Assembly (NCBI RefSeq): GCF_006345805.1
Contig: NC_043010.1
Span: 54,064,001-54,128,000 of the forward strand
Reading direction: 5' to 3'
DNA from: Octopus sinensis
Lineage: Eukaryota
DNA length: 64,000 nucleotides
Shown here: one piece after another, positions 49,959-63,903 of the stretch
How the letters are laid out: the number at the start of each line of letters is the position of its first letter
Position numbering within the stretch: position 1 is the stretch's first letter
The notes under the pieces: generated by a model
The model's database searches: none
What the model saw: only the letters and a program-made list of their open reading frames with translations
Told to the model about the DNA's origin: nothing
Made by a program: the position numbers and the translations under genes

Positions 49959-51506
49959 ATTTTATCTTCGAGTTATTTCTAATATAGATATATCGATGAC
50001 CTAAGAGTTCAGTTGTGCCTTGTTCACTGATGACACTCTATTCATACCAGCTACAATATTCCTCTATTTTATAACCCTATTAAACCTATAAGGGCATGGT
50101 TTGAAAGTATATATTCCTAGTATATATTGGTATGAGTTTTCGCTTAATATATATAGGTCCGGTTGTTTTCTGCTTTGTTCCATGCGGTTAACAGCGTGCA
50201 GAACGTTGACTGAGTATGGGAATTTAATAACCTGGTAATCATTATTCTGTCTAACTTGACATCACTTCTAGAAATTGTGAAATGAACGGAGTATAAAGAA
50301 ATTAACTGTGTTTGATAGAAATCAAAAGGAATCAACAACGTACTCACGAGTCTAGTTTTAAAACTAATATTTCTTCGAGTTTATAAATCTTATATAAATT
50401 TCAACTGAGTGATCTTGATCATCCGTTGATTATAAAATGATTATAGATTCGTAAATTTCGAACGATTTAAGACTGGAAACAATACAAAATTTAAGTTAGT
50501 CTGAATTGAAACCTGTTTCTACGGCCACTAACTGACCAGAGTTATGAAAAACACGCCTTGCCTTTACGAAGACTCTTGTGATGAAGTGTGGAAGAATTTA
50601 CCGATGCAACAATATTGTCATCTTAAGATAAACAGCTAACAGTATGCTGCTTCCTGAAAAATTACATAAACCTTGCCAAAACCGCATTAAAAACAAACAA
50701 AATAAAACCCCAGAAAAGAACTAATATAGTATTTATCGATTGGAAAATTGAAAGTATATGAATGCTGCCTAACAGATTGTTACCTACGTAGATTATCGGC
50801 TTATATATACATAAGTACTTTACCTCAGAATATTTACTTTTTATCACCTTACAAATTATGTATAGAAATCTGCTCGAACGTGTACGCAGAAATATTACAT
50901 ACATATGCACGCACACACACACACACACTCACACACACACACATACACACACACACACGCGCATGCACAGACACGATTGAACACGCATACAATCACGTTA
51001 TAAATTTACATAAAGAATTATATATATATATATAGGTACATATATATGTATGTATCTATGCATGTATATATATGTATATATGAATATACATATACCATAT
51101 TTCTATAAATAATTATATATATATATATATATACACGGACGCACACACATGTGTATAATTTTATGACTTTACTCTCGCATATTAGCATTCCTCATAGCCT
51201 GTATCCGATTATAACAAATATTCAGGCGCGCAGAGACGAATACACACGTGAAAACTCAAGCACTGATATCTATACTCATATATGTATTTTTATGCGTGAC
51301 GAAAATATGTGTGGGTCTATGCATATACATATATATTTATCCTTTTATCTATGTATTTATTTTAAACAATTTACACACACACGCACGCTCGAGAACGCGC
51401 AAACTTCTGTATAAGGGTCGTAAAAAGAATATCAAAGTTATCCAACTTCGTGAAATTCTCGTAAATGTAAGCGTAATAATAATATTAATCATACCGGCTT
51501 ATATTA

Positions 51507-52085
51507 ATAATGAGGAGAAGAAGAAGAAGAAGAAGAAGAAGAAGAAGAAGAAGAAGAAGAAGAAGAAGAAGAAGAAGAAGAAGAAGAAGAAGAGAAGAAG
51601 AAGAAGAAGAAATAGACAAAAACAAGAGAGAAGAGGAGAAGAAAAAGGAGAAGAAGAAGAAGAAGAAGAAGAAGAAGAAGAAGAAGAAGAAGAAGAAGAA
51701 GAAGAAATAGACAAAAACAAGAGAGAAGAGGAGAAGAAAAAGGAGAAGAAGAAGCAGAAGAAGAAGAAGAAGAAGAAGGAGAAGAAGAAGGAGAAGTAGA
51801 AGAAGAAGAAGGAGAAGAAGAAGGAGAAGAAGAAGAAGAAGAAGAAGCAGTAAAGAAAAAGGAAAAGAAAAAGAAAAAGAGAAGAGGAAAAAGAAGAGGA
51901 AAAAGAAGAAAAAGGAGAAGACGACGAGGAAGAAGAAGAAGAAGAAGAAGAAAAGAAGAAATAGAAGAAAAAAGAAGAAGAAGAAGAAGAAGACAGAAAA
52001 AGTAGAAGAAGAAGAAGTGAAAGAAGAAGAAGAAGAAGAAGAAGAAGAAGAAAAAGAAGAAGAAGAAGAAGAAGAAGAAGAAGAA
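51507..52085. repeat. compound (GAA)n purine tract with duplicated GAAATAGACAAAAACAAGAGAG interruption
   Basis: direct reading. Confidence 0.95.
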
Positions 52086-52712
52086 TCGATTTCATGCTCT
52101 CTACCTTAAATCAGAATCACCGAAATTAAAGAAATAAAGTCTATATTCTCCGGTTATAAATTTAATTTTTTTTTCCTCTCAAGTCTATTTCTTTAGTTTA
52201 AGTTTACGAGAGAAATATGTAGAAAATGTATATTTGCTGACAATTTATTCATGCAAAAATTTATCCCTCTTAATTTCCTCAAACATTCATGAGGATATGT
52301 TTTATATTGTGCTCGGTATTTCGAGAGTTGATATTGAGAATTTATTTCTTTAATATTTTTCATGAAAATAAATTTTCTATAGATATTTTTAATAAAAATC
52401 AGGTTATAATATGATGAATTTTAATCTTTCGCAATATTCATTAAAATCTGTTATAAATTGCATAATATATTTAACGTTAGGATGTCAAAATTGTTATTAA
52501 GATTGCGGAATAATAGCATGTGTATATATCTAGATAATTTATATATATTGGTTTCGTTTTATTTCGAATGTTGTTATTCTTTGTTTTGTTTTACTTTAAT
52601 ATCTTTTTAAGAATGTGGTTGTCATAATTGATCTAGCTATTCATTTTGAATGTTGAATCACACACACAGAGATAAGTGCACACGCTTTCATACTTACATC
52701 TATATATATGTA

Positions 52713-52774
<62 letters not shown>

Positions 52775-53090
52775 ATATATTATATATATATATATATATA
52801 ATATATATATATATACATATATATATACATATATATATATAGATATATATTTGTGTATATACATACATATATATATATATGTATATATACATATGTATAT
52901 ATATATATATAAATGTATTTGAATACATTTATATGTGTGTGCATGTGTATTTCAATATATGCATGCGTGTTTTTGATATATTATATCCACATGTGTACGT
53001 GTGAATAGATTTTTTATTATATTTCTCCTTTTACTAATCTCTCTAACCACACATACCCACACGTATTGCCATGTATATATGTATATATTT

Positions 53091-53130
<40 letters not shown>

Positions 53131-53219
53131 GTGTGTGTATGTATTTGTGTGTTTGTGTGTGTGTGTTTGTGTGTGTGCGTGTGTGCATGTGTGCGTGTGT
53201 GCGTGTGTATATATATGTA

Positions 53220-53262
<43 letters not shown>

Positions 53263-53658
53263 CGATAGAGAGAGGGAGGGAGATAGATAGATAGATAGAT
53301 AGATATATAAGACTTGTTATCTGCTCGGTTATGAAAATTGAAGAGATGTAGTTTTATGTATAAAACTTATTTTTGTATAACTTTCAAGACTTCACTCCTT
53401 TCTTCACAGATCATAATACTCTGATTTGTACCAGAAAGTTAAGACAGACAACCTAAAATATTAACTATATCTAATACTTTTGATTTCAAAATATGAAGCG
53501 TTTCACTATATTTTTCAAATTTTGTGAACTATAGAATGTTTCACATTCAAAAAGTCGGTTGGAATATTATTTAATGATGGTGGTCCTGTATGAGTGTATA
53601 AGCGACAATTATTTCTATACATCTTCATAAGAAACTGTAAATAATAGTATTGAAGGTA

Positions 53659-53870
53659 AGTGGCACAGTAATTAGTGTCTGCCACTTATGCTAAGAAATG
53701 CATGGGTTCAGATCGTGGAGAGGGGCTACATATTTCTTTATCAAAGCATTTCTCTTCACGGCCTCGCAGTGTACGCTGTTAGTAACAAGCAAGCTTCAAT
53801 TGCTGGTGCAACCATCCCTCCCTGGTAACCCAGTGGTCATATCCTAAATGTTCTGAGAGAACAAAGGCCA
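53659..53870 (+). mobile_element. ancient tRNA-headed SINE remnant (candidate)
   Basis: TGGCACAGTAATTAG A-box-like and GGTTCAGATC B-box-like spacing. Confidence 0.35.
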
Positions 53871-54508
53871 GTAAACGTGTGTGCTTATATCTACCTGTAG
53901 CTATGTAGGTACTAAATCCTTTGGGTCTCATATGCTAGCAAATCCGAAATGGGTCTCATATACTAAGAAATCTTAAATAGGTCTCATTCTAGCAAAGCAC
54001 TCGCTCTCAGTAATTGTTAGTTGTGCGGTACATAACAACAACCATCGGAATCTCTTTTTGCAAACACATGCCCAATCCCGACTCAAAATGTTTGTGTCAA
54101 GTATGCGAGCCTTTCTTGTTCAAGTTATAACATATTTGAAGTTCCTTTTGAAACAGTAATAACCCTTCAGTATTACGCAGAAAAGAGCTCTCCTTTTACA
54201 ACTTATACTGACATCTTATACCGTTATCAAACTCCAAAATTTACCAAAAATATTCAAAGCACATGCGCGTAATCACACACACACACAAACACGAAAACAC
54301 ATACGCACACAAACAAAAACACACAATCACAGAGCTTTTGTGACTTTTCATTTAATGCCCTTAGCCTAGATTTTTGGCGCCTTCCAATCTTGAACAGTCT
54401 CAAATGTAGCAGGCCGAAACTATAATGATTATTGGAAGCTTAACGGATGAATAGAAAGCCACGAACCTTCCATCCCGGCTTTTCTGTTCGTGTCCCCATA
54501 TATTTTTG

Positions 54509-54567
<59 letters not shown>

Positions 54568-54582
54568 TCTTTTACATTTTTA

Positions 54583-54783
54583 CACTTTTACTCTTTTACT
54601 TGTTTCAGTCATTTGACTGTGGCCATGCTGGTGCAGTGCCTTTAGTCGAGCAAATCGACCCCAGGACTTATTCTTTGTAAGCCTAGGACTATTCTATCGG
54701 TCTCTTTTGCCAGCATCGTTTATCAAGCGATGTTGGGGGGACAAACACAGACACACAAACATACACACACACACACACACATG

Positions 54784-54823
<40 letters not shown>

Positions 54824-54970
54824 TACGTCGGGATTTTTTCAGTTTCCCTGTAGCAAATCCACTCACGAGGGTATAGTAGAAGACACTTGCTCAAGGTGCC
54901 ATGCAGAGGGACTGAGTACGGCACCATGTGGTTCGTAAGCAAGCTACTTACCACACAGCCCCATCTACGG

Positions 54971-54972
<2 letters not shown>
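54583..54972 (-). mobile_element. SINE family A with internal deletions
   Basis: reverse tail TTACTTGTTTCAGTCATTTGACTGTGGCCATGCTGG and head GTAGAAGACACTTGCTCAAGGTGCCATGCAG..CTTACCACACAGCC. Confidence 0.85.
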
Positions 54973-55006
<34 letters not shown>

Positions 55007-55494
55007 GTGTGTGTACATACAAATGTACACGTGTGTGTGTGTGGTGTGGATATTAAGCTAGATTGCTGGACTTTTTTAATCCCACTTATAAGATATTACT
55101 ATTACCATGTCAGTATTTCATAGAAAGAAAAAACGTCTTCATGTAGCTTATACATCAATTACAAAAGGAAAATAAAAATAAAAACGTTGTAAATGGCTTA
55201 TTATAATCTTTCCGAAAATATTATCCTGTTTGCTGCAATATGGCATAAAACTTTTATAAAATAGCACAGATGTTACGAAAGCATAATGTATCAAAACTTC
55301 AGTCGCATGTGTGACATTAAATTTATGTTAAGGGAGTTCCGAAACTACATACACATACTCTATACCTAGAGAAATGTACGCAGAAAAGTTCTCTAATATA
55401 TTCATACATACATATATACACACATACATACATATATCTGAGTATGTATGTCTTTTTCAGTGCATGTAAATATGTATGTATATGTATATATGTG

Positions 55495-55598
55495 TGTATG
55501 TATGTATGTATGTATGTATGTATGTATGTATGTATGTATGTGTGTATGTATGTATCTATCTATCTATCTATTTAACTATCTATATATCTATCTATTTG

Positions 55599-55667
<69 letters not shown>

Positions 55668-55668
55668 A

Positions 55669-55703
<35 letters not shown>

Positions 55704-55713
55704 GTATCTATCC

Positions 55714-55750
<37 letters not shown>
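55495..55750. repeat. (TATG)n-(TCTA)n microsatellite
   Basis: direct reading. Confidence 0.95.
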
Positions 55751-55754
<4 letters not shown>

Positions 55755-55852
55755 CCTATATATATATAGAAACCATGAAAGCGCGTTGATGTCTACACGC
55801 ACAAGCACACACATAGGCACAGACGTGTATATACACATTTTTTTACATATTC

Positions 55853-55884
<32 letters not shown>

Positions 55885-56315
55885 TTGTGATAGTGTAAGC
55901 AACATATTTCTGCGTGAATATAATGATAGCGATCGTTATTAAGCAGTAAGCGGTTACAACATATCTGTCAGGCAAAATCATTCATCACCTATTCTCATTT
56001 CATCATGGCACCGCCAATATTCGTCTTATTCGCCAATATTTCTCGTTCCTTTTGCTATTTTGAACTGATTCACATTTAAAATGTTTTTTTTTTTTCTTTT
56101 CCCCTTCTTACAGATTCATTTTCTCTTTGTCACATTTCCATTTAGCTCTGAATATTGCAATAACTATTCTGAAAGTGAAAAAAGCAAGCAAACAAACAAA
56201 AAGACCATATGCACCAGTTGCTAATTTAGGTATTGTTACTAAAATGAGAAATCATTATAAATAACCATGAATACAAGCACACATATACACACGCACATAT
56301 TCATACATACATACA

Positions 56316-56383
<68 letters not shown>

Positions 56384-56392
56384 ATATAATGT

Positions 56393-56427
<35 letters not shown>

Positions 56428-56431
56428 TGTA

Positions 56432-56462
<31 letters not shown>

Positions 56463-56556
56463 CATATATATGTGTGTGTGTATATATATATATGTATAAA
56501 TATATGTATACATATATGTATATATATATGTATATATATGTGTATACATATATGTG

Positions 56557-56605
<49 letters not shown>

Positions 56606-57310
56606 GTATATATATGTATATATATATATGTATATATATATGTGTATATATATGTATATATATATATATATACATAAATACATATAATAATGCATATATA
56701 AGAATTATATGTGTTTGTGTCTATGTTTGTGTGTGTGTGTGTGTGTGTGTTTTCTTTATACATTAATGTGTATGTACTTATGATGATGTTCATATTGAGT
56801 GGTGAGAATAATACGGAGCTGTGTACTGATATTTACAATTTAATCAGACTTTATTCATAATTAAATAAAATGATAATTCATATCTGCGTAGGAATCAAGC
56901 AGTAGGGAACATATATATTATAATAAATGTAAGGAATTGGAAAAAGAAACAAGACGTGTAGAGTGTAAGCTTATGCCTATATCTCTTTCATTCTGCATAT
57001 TATACCTGGTCTCTGTTAACGGAACAAACAAACTCCTAAGGTAATCAGTGCAGAAGTTGTTTTCAGTAAAACATTCACTCAAAAATATACGTCGATATAG
57101 GAATGTTCTTCAAGAAAATTGATATACGTGTGTGTGTGTGTGTGTGTAAACACTCGTGTGTATATGGCTTATGTATATTTTGTACACATGTATCGTTAAA
57201 TGTTTTAAACGTAAATACGTAAATATGCTTTCAAGAATATTTGGAAGTTACTTTATCGATAGATATATTGGGCAGAAACTTATATCTGATATACCATATT
57301 AATGACACAA

Positions 57311-57342
<32 letters not shown>

Positions 57343-57391
57343 ATACAACATACACTTAGATTGCATAAATATAAATATGCATATGTCAGTT

Positions 57392-57436
<45 letters not shown>

Positions 57437-57840
57437 ACAGAAAGAGGAGAGAAGGAGAAAAAGAGAGCGAGAGAGAGAGGAGAGAAAGAGAGAGATGTGT
57501 ATGTAAATTTATGAATAGAAATATACATACATACATATATATATACATATAGGTGTGTATATATATATATATGTATTTATATGTATTCCTTATATCACAC
57601 ACACACACATACACAGATACAGAAAGAGGAGAGAGAGAGAGAAAAACACACATACATACATATATACATAGAGAAAGAGGAGGGAAGGATTGAAAAAGAG
57701 TACGAGAGAGAGATGAGAGAAAGAGAGAGCGAGGGAGAGAGAGAGATGTGTATGTTAATTTTATGTATAGAAATATATGTGCATATATGTATATCTACAC
57801 GCATATATATGTACCACACACACACACACACAGTATATGT

Positions 57841-57890
<50 letters not shown>

Positions 57891-59024
57891 GTATGTATAT
57901 ATATATATATGTATATATCTATCTATGTACTCCCTTATATCTATAATAGCGTCAGTATACAAGTGCGTGATGTCTTCTGTCAAAGCTGCCCGCAATATGT
58001 TAACGTTACTCTAATAGATAGTCGATAAATTTTGTTTTCCTTGCTCTTTTTTCGATATCGATATCCGTTTTACTTTTAGAAATAATATGCCATTTATATT
58101 ATAATCGAACGTGATCTGTGTACCAAGCAGCTGATTTATATACCGATTATCCTGTATTACGCTATACAAACCGCATTTTAACTAGGAATAGCTTATATAA
58201 ATTGGTACAAGATGAAACAATTACAGCCCATTGCTATACATGTACGTATGCTCGTACATTTACTCACGTCTTTCTACATATCTACATATTTACACATACA
58301 TACACACCCATACACATATCTACATATTTACACATACATACACACCCATACACACATAAATATATGCGTTTATTAACTCATATTCCTGTAGGAAAGCATA
58401 AAAAGCGCCTAGAGTTTCATGGTAAGGCGACAATACACGTCTTTAATAAATTCATAGTTCCTTATGTAGTTTATTGAAAGGGAAATGTAGAAGATTGCGG
58501 AAAATACTCTATTAAGCATGTGGTTCATATTAGGATTTGTAAGCTCATTCAAATAATTTAATGTTAAAAATTGTGGAATGTAATTACGTGAATAGATATA
58601 CTCCTATACGCCCGTGCGCGTGTGCACGCGTAGAAATACACACACACAGACACACACACAGAGACACACACACACACACACACTCACATGTATACTGTTA
58701 TGTGTATGCATATGTACATGTATATATTTTTATATGCACTCTGCGCAAGTACTATGTATAATATTTACAAGATCGATAACGTCATATATATATATATATA
58801 TATATATAGATAGATAGATATATAGATATATACTGGAATAAGCACATAAATGGGAACGTGAACTCAAAGTAACTGCTTTTGTGATATATCTGCTGACGAT
58901 AAATAAAGTATATATGTATATATATAAGAAATAAAAAAAGGAAAATGTGCGTATTTTCCTTTTTTAATTTCTTGCATACATTACAACTCAACACGTGGGG
59001 ATAATCGAAATTCCTATTTTCTGT

Positions 59025-59071
<47 letters not shown>

Positions 59072-59523
59072 TATATACTGTAAAAAGCGCAAAGTAAGTT
59101 AGAATAAAGAAATATATGTGTCCGCTTGCTAACAAAAAATAAAGATTGTTAAAATATAATAATCGCGCAAAAGACCAGATGTCAAAAATTCCCATATACA
59201 TTACTATAAATTTCATACTGGACGACCTAATATATACGGCCACCAATCCAAGTACATGCCGTTCAATTAGGAAAAGCGATTAGATCAACCTTGAATTTAT
59301 TGGTTTCATTCGAATTTATTTGACGGTAGGACAAACTTTCAGCCATCTATTTAAACCTTATAAAAATATTCCATTTTCATTCACCAGTAGTAATGTAAAT
59401 GCTAACATTATTGAGATATATATTGTAATTAATAATTAGTAATATTATAAATACCGGCGATATTCCACCCTGAAAATAAAAAAATAAAAATTTTAATTCA
59501 TTTAGTAATGTGCGCAGGAAAAT

Positions 59524-60072
59524 TAAGGCAGCGAACTTTCTGAGTTCAAGTTCCGCCGAAGTCGTCTTTGCCTTACATCCCTTTCGGGGTCGATATATTA
59601 AGTAACAGTTGCGTACTGAGGTCGATCTAATCGACTGGCACTCTCACTCAAAATTTCGGGCCTTGTGCCTAGAGTAGAAAAGAATATACACAGCTAAATT
59701 AAGACGGCGTGCGAAATGCTTAACGGTATTTCGTCTGCCGCTACGTTCTGAGTTCAAATTCCGCCGAGGTCGACTTTGCGTTTCATCCTTTCGGAGTCGA
59801 TTAAATAAGAACCAGTTACGCACTGGGGTCGATATAATTGACTTAATCCGTTTGTCTGTCCTTGTTTGTCCTCTCTGTGTTTAGCCCCTTGTGGGTAGTA
59901 AAAAAATAGGTATTTCGTCTGTCTTTACGTTCTGAGTTCAAATTCTGCCGAGGTCGATTTTGCCTTTCATCCTTTCGGGGGTCGATAAATTAAATACCTC
60001 TTGTGTACTGGAGTCGATCTATTCGACTGACCCCTCCCCAAACTTTCGGCTTTGCGCCTAGAGTAGAAAAGT
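59524..60072 (+). mobile_element. cluster of three family B SINEs (short-tail, long-tail, short-tail)
   Basis: three CTGAGTTCAA..CCGCCGA.GTCG..TTTGC..CATCCT cores at ~59540, ~59750, ~59933. Confidence 0.85.
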
Positions 60073-61003
60073 GTTACACTGAGAAATTGTAAAGAAAAAT
60101 ATAAATTTACTTCTCGATTCACTATGATATTCTATCATTTCGTAACTTGCAAAATTAGCGAGAAAATATTCGTGCCATCGCGCACGTTTCAGTGCCGGGT
60201 ATGTTGTATCATGAGATAGTTTGCGCCTAGCGTAATGTTGAATTTATTTGGTATCCCTAAGGATTCGCTTCATGATGCATCCGAATTATGTGTTTAAAAT
60301 ATTTTAGCGTATAAATTCAACATACATAATTTACACAGCGTTCAGGTTTTAACGAAATATACAAATACTCTTTCATAACACGATTCACAAACTACTGCGT
60401 ATATTGAAAAATCTTCGCATTATGAAATGCAAGTATTCTAAGATTTAACTTCAGCACAGATATTACTGTATTTAATTTGTTAAACGTATTTGCAAAATAG
60501 TTTCCGCGTGGAAAAAAAAATCCTGACGGAATACTGAATTCCTTCAACAAGCACTCTAATCATCGATCGAAAAACCTTGCCTAGTGTTATCAGCAAATGG
60601 ATATTGGGATATATCACCCGCTACGAGAAAACATTAATCATGTAGCAAAAATGTGACGATGATGTATTAAAAACTGGCCTCTGTGCAATCAACAAATAAA
60701 GAGAAAAAAGTAATTTACTGGTAAATACAAATTCGTTGAAATAATACAAATAATGTCCAATATAATTTACCTCCATTTAACAAAACTTCACCGGAAGCTA
60801 TTATTTATCTCAAGCAGATTGAAGATTGTAGCTCCAAGCTAATCTGTTGCTAACTCTGGAAACTAAAACACCTCTCTAGCTCAATTCAATAGGGAAATCA
60901 TAACATTGTGTATGCATATATATATATACATACACACACACACACATATATAGATATATATATACATATACATATATACATAACATACATATATATATAT
61001 AAA

Positions 61004-61047
<44 letters not shown>

Positions 61048-61428
61048 TGCTTTTACATCATTCCCAGGAGAAAAATATCCTAATTAGAAGTCATATGGAT
61101 ACATACACCAGCTCAGCTCCTGTCTTCTAAAACATAAATAAACTGTAGCAGCCCATGTGTGTTTGTGTACACTTATATAGAGACGTTTATATCTACTTTC
61201 CTATTACCAATCCATCATAAGTAGTTTAATAGCGGCGCAATACTTCTTTTATTACTAGCAATTAACAACATCTTCATTTCTTAACTTGCATACCACGCCT
61301 GTTACACTAATTGTGTTTCTCTTGCTATTCCTCAAATGTGTGTCATCTTGAAATAACCATACCTAATAGTGGTGAGTGAATTGAAAATTATAGCTAGTTT
61401 TTTATCATTCTCTGTTGCAGATGATCAT

Positions 61429-62121
61429 CTACCACCCTAGCCCAACCGACTCTCCCCAAAGTTCTTTATTGATGGTTCCACTGTGTCGTTTGTTTTCATA
61501 CATAGCTAATCCTTTACTTTCATTTTCAAGAGACATTTTGTCAATTTCGACAACATAAAAAGCATCTTGGTTTCTTTTGTATTTTCCTTTTACGTATTCG
61601 CCAACATATTGTATCCATATTAACCTAATTTTCTACCTCATTTGAATATTTTCCAAGTAGTGATGTTCGCTTTCTGCATAGCGGTTTGGTAATAACATCT
61701 CGCTACATTGATGGAGACATTTCGAAAACAAACTTCCTTTGAACATCTTATTGATATGCAGACAAATAGCATATCGTGTCAGCGTTAAAGACAAGTTATA
61801 AAGTTCTTCTCTTGTATAGTCAGACGACTTGCAAATATTTGAAAATGTAATCCAATTGTAGTTTTAATATCATAAAGTGTAACACCTTCACGTAATGTTT
61901 ATTTTAGGACATGGTTTCACCATTGTAACTTTCAATTGTAATAATTCCTTCGGTGCTATTCTTCATAGAAATATTCTAACCATTCAGCATGATACTTTTA
62001 GAACTGGGTCATCCATCTAAACAATTTGCGACACATGAAAGAAAATGAAAGATGAGAATATATACTCACGTTTACCAGAAGAAAGAGAATAACATTACAT
62101 GAATACCAGGAACAACGTCAT
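61429..62121 (-). pseudogene. unidentified decayed coding sequence with signal-peptide-like first exon (candidate)
   Basis: 61860-61429 is 144 codons with one internal stop; upstream segment joins via two 1-nt frameshifts inferred from the paralog at 62935-63211; GT-AG 53-nt intron-like 62069-62017 keeps phase. Confidence 0.35.
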
Positions 62122-62151
62122 AAGTGTAAACGTGTTAGTTACTGATTTCTA

Positions 62152-62718
62152 TTGGATCGTTCGGAAAGTTCGTGCCAATTCATAGTAGCTCATGTTTCGA
62201 CTTATTTTAGAACCTGGTTAAGTCCATAAAATAGGATTTGACTACACCTCCATTTAGAGCACAGTTTAAGCTATCTTTTCGTGGAAGAAGGCATATGTTC
62301 CTATAACCTATGTTAATTCTGTAACCCTTTAAAATGGAAGAGAAGAAAGTTCATCTTGGGCACTTGATGCTTTGGGAACCAGACAAAAATTGCTGCAGCT
62401 CGGCTGGGATGTGTTACACCACCCTCCATATTCGCCAGATATTGCTCCTTCAGATTTCCACTTATTCAGGTCTTAGCAGAATAGTTTTAATGGTAAAAAA
62501 TTCAATTCCTTGGATGACGTAAAAATATACCTTGATGAATTCTTTGCTATGAAACCACATCAATTCTGGGAAGAGAGAATACTCAAGTTAAAGGAAAGAT
62601 GGAGACGCTTTGTGCCACAAAATGGTTCATATTTGGTTGATTAAAAATGTAATGGCAAGTATTTATTGACCTTTTACTTTCTTTTCAAAAACGGCACGAA
62701 CTTTCTGGGCAAACCCAA
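62152..62718 (+). mobile_element. internally deleted mariner (D,D34D-type) element with TA TSD
   Basis: TIRs TA|TTGGATCGTTCGGAAAGTTCGTGCC and GGCACGAACTTTCTGGGCAAACCCAA|TA; MEEKKVHLGHLMLW fused to TRQKLLQLGWDVLHHPPYSPDIAPSDFHLFRS..RWRRFVPQNGSYLVD*. Confidence 0.92.
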
Positions 62719-62934
62719 TATTTTAGAAATAATTTCTATTTTAGTAATTATTTCTATTTTAGGCCAGAAATTTTGATGTTGACGGGGTTAGTGTATACTA
62801 TTGATCCCAGTTTTTTATCCAAGGCTGATAAAAGAAAACATTGATTAACATGGGATTTGATCCAAGAGCACAAACTACAAGAAGTCAGAACAAATGTCAC
62901 AATGCATTTTGTTCGATGCTCTCAGGATAGTTAC

Positions 62935-63211
62935 AATGTAATGCACTCGTTGTTTTTTTTATCATAAAGCATAACGTCTCCATTTAATGTTTTTTTTTGC
63001 GACTTCGTTCTACCATTGTTACTTTCAATTATAATAATCCTTTGGGTACTGGTCTTCACAGGAATATTTCAACCATCTCGCCTACGCAAAAAAGAACAGG
63101 GTTGATACAACCGATTGCATAGGTACCAGTCAGGTGTGTCTGTACTGTGCCCTTCGCCACTCTGACAAGACATCCAGTCGTTGACAGACAATACCGGTAC
63201 TTCTGCTACTG
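62935..63211 (-). pseudogene. diverged duplicate of the 61.84-62.01 kb coding-like segment
   Basis: 62935-63101 aligns to 61844-62008; minus-strand acceptor TTTTCTTGCAG at 63212; frame VAEVPVLSVNDWMSC..YQPCSFL..DG*NIPVKTSTQRIIIIESNNG..LYD. Confidence 0.35.
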
Positions 63212-63241
63212 CTGCAAGAAAATCAAGAACAACAACGACTG

Positions 63242-63283
<42 letters not shown>

Positions 63284-63325
63284 TAACAACAGCAACAACT
63301 TCCACTGATCTATATGTTGAGACAC

Positions 63326-63418
<93 letters not shown>

Positions 63419-63757
63419 AGGAGAGAGAGAAGGGGGAGAGAGAGATTGTGTGAGATAATTACATATACGTCTAATTAAAATATGTTTCATTAAGAAACGA
63501 TTTCGAGATTATATTTATCTTTTTGATCTTAATATAGTAGAACATGCCCCATATTTTTTATAAGCTATACATATTATTATGATGTCCAAAGTTATGTTCA
63601 ACAAACTTCAACAGATGATGTATTCTCACGCACGTAACAAACTGTAATTATGGATTAGATCTTACCCTTAGTAACAAGTGGTTTAAAGCCAGACATTAAA
63701 AAAAAAAAGTTTATAGTGTGCATTAAGTAACGATAGCTGAATATTTGTACCAGTACA

Positions 63758-63759
<2 letters not shown>

Positions 63760-63834
<75 letters not shown>

Positions 63835-63845
63835 ATATATATATA

Positions 63846-63903
<58 letters not shown>

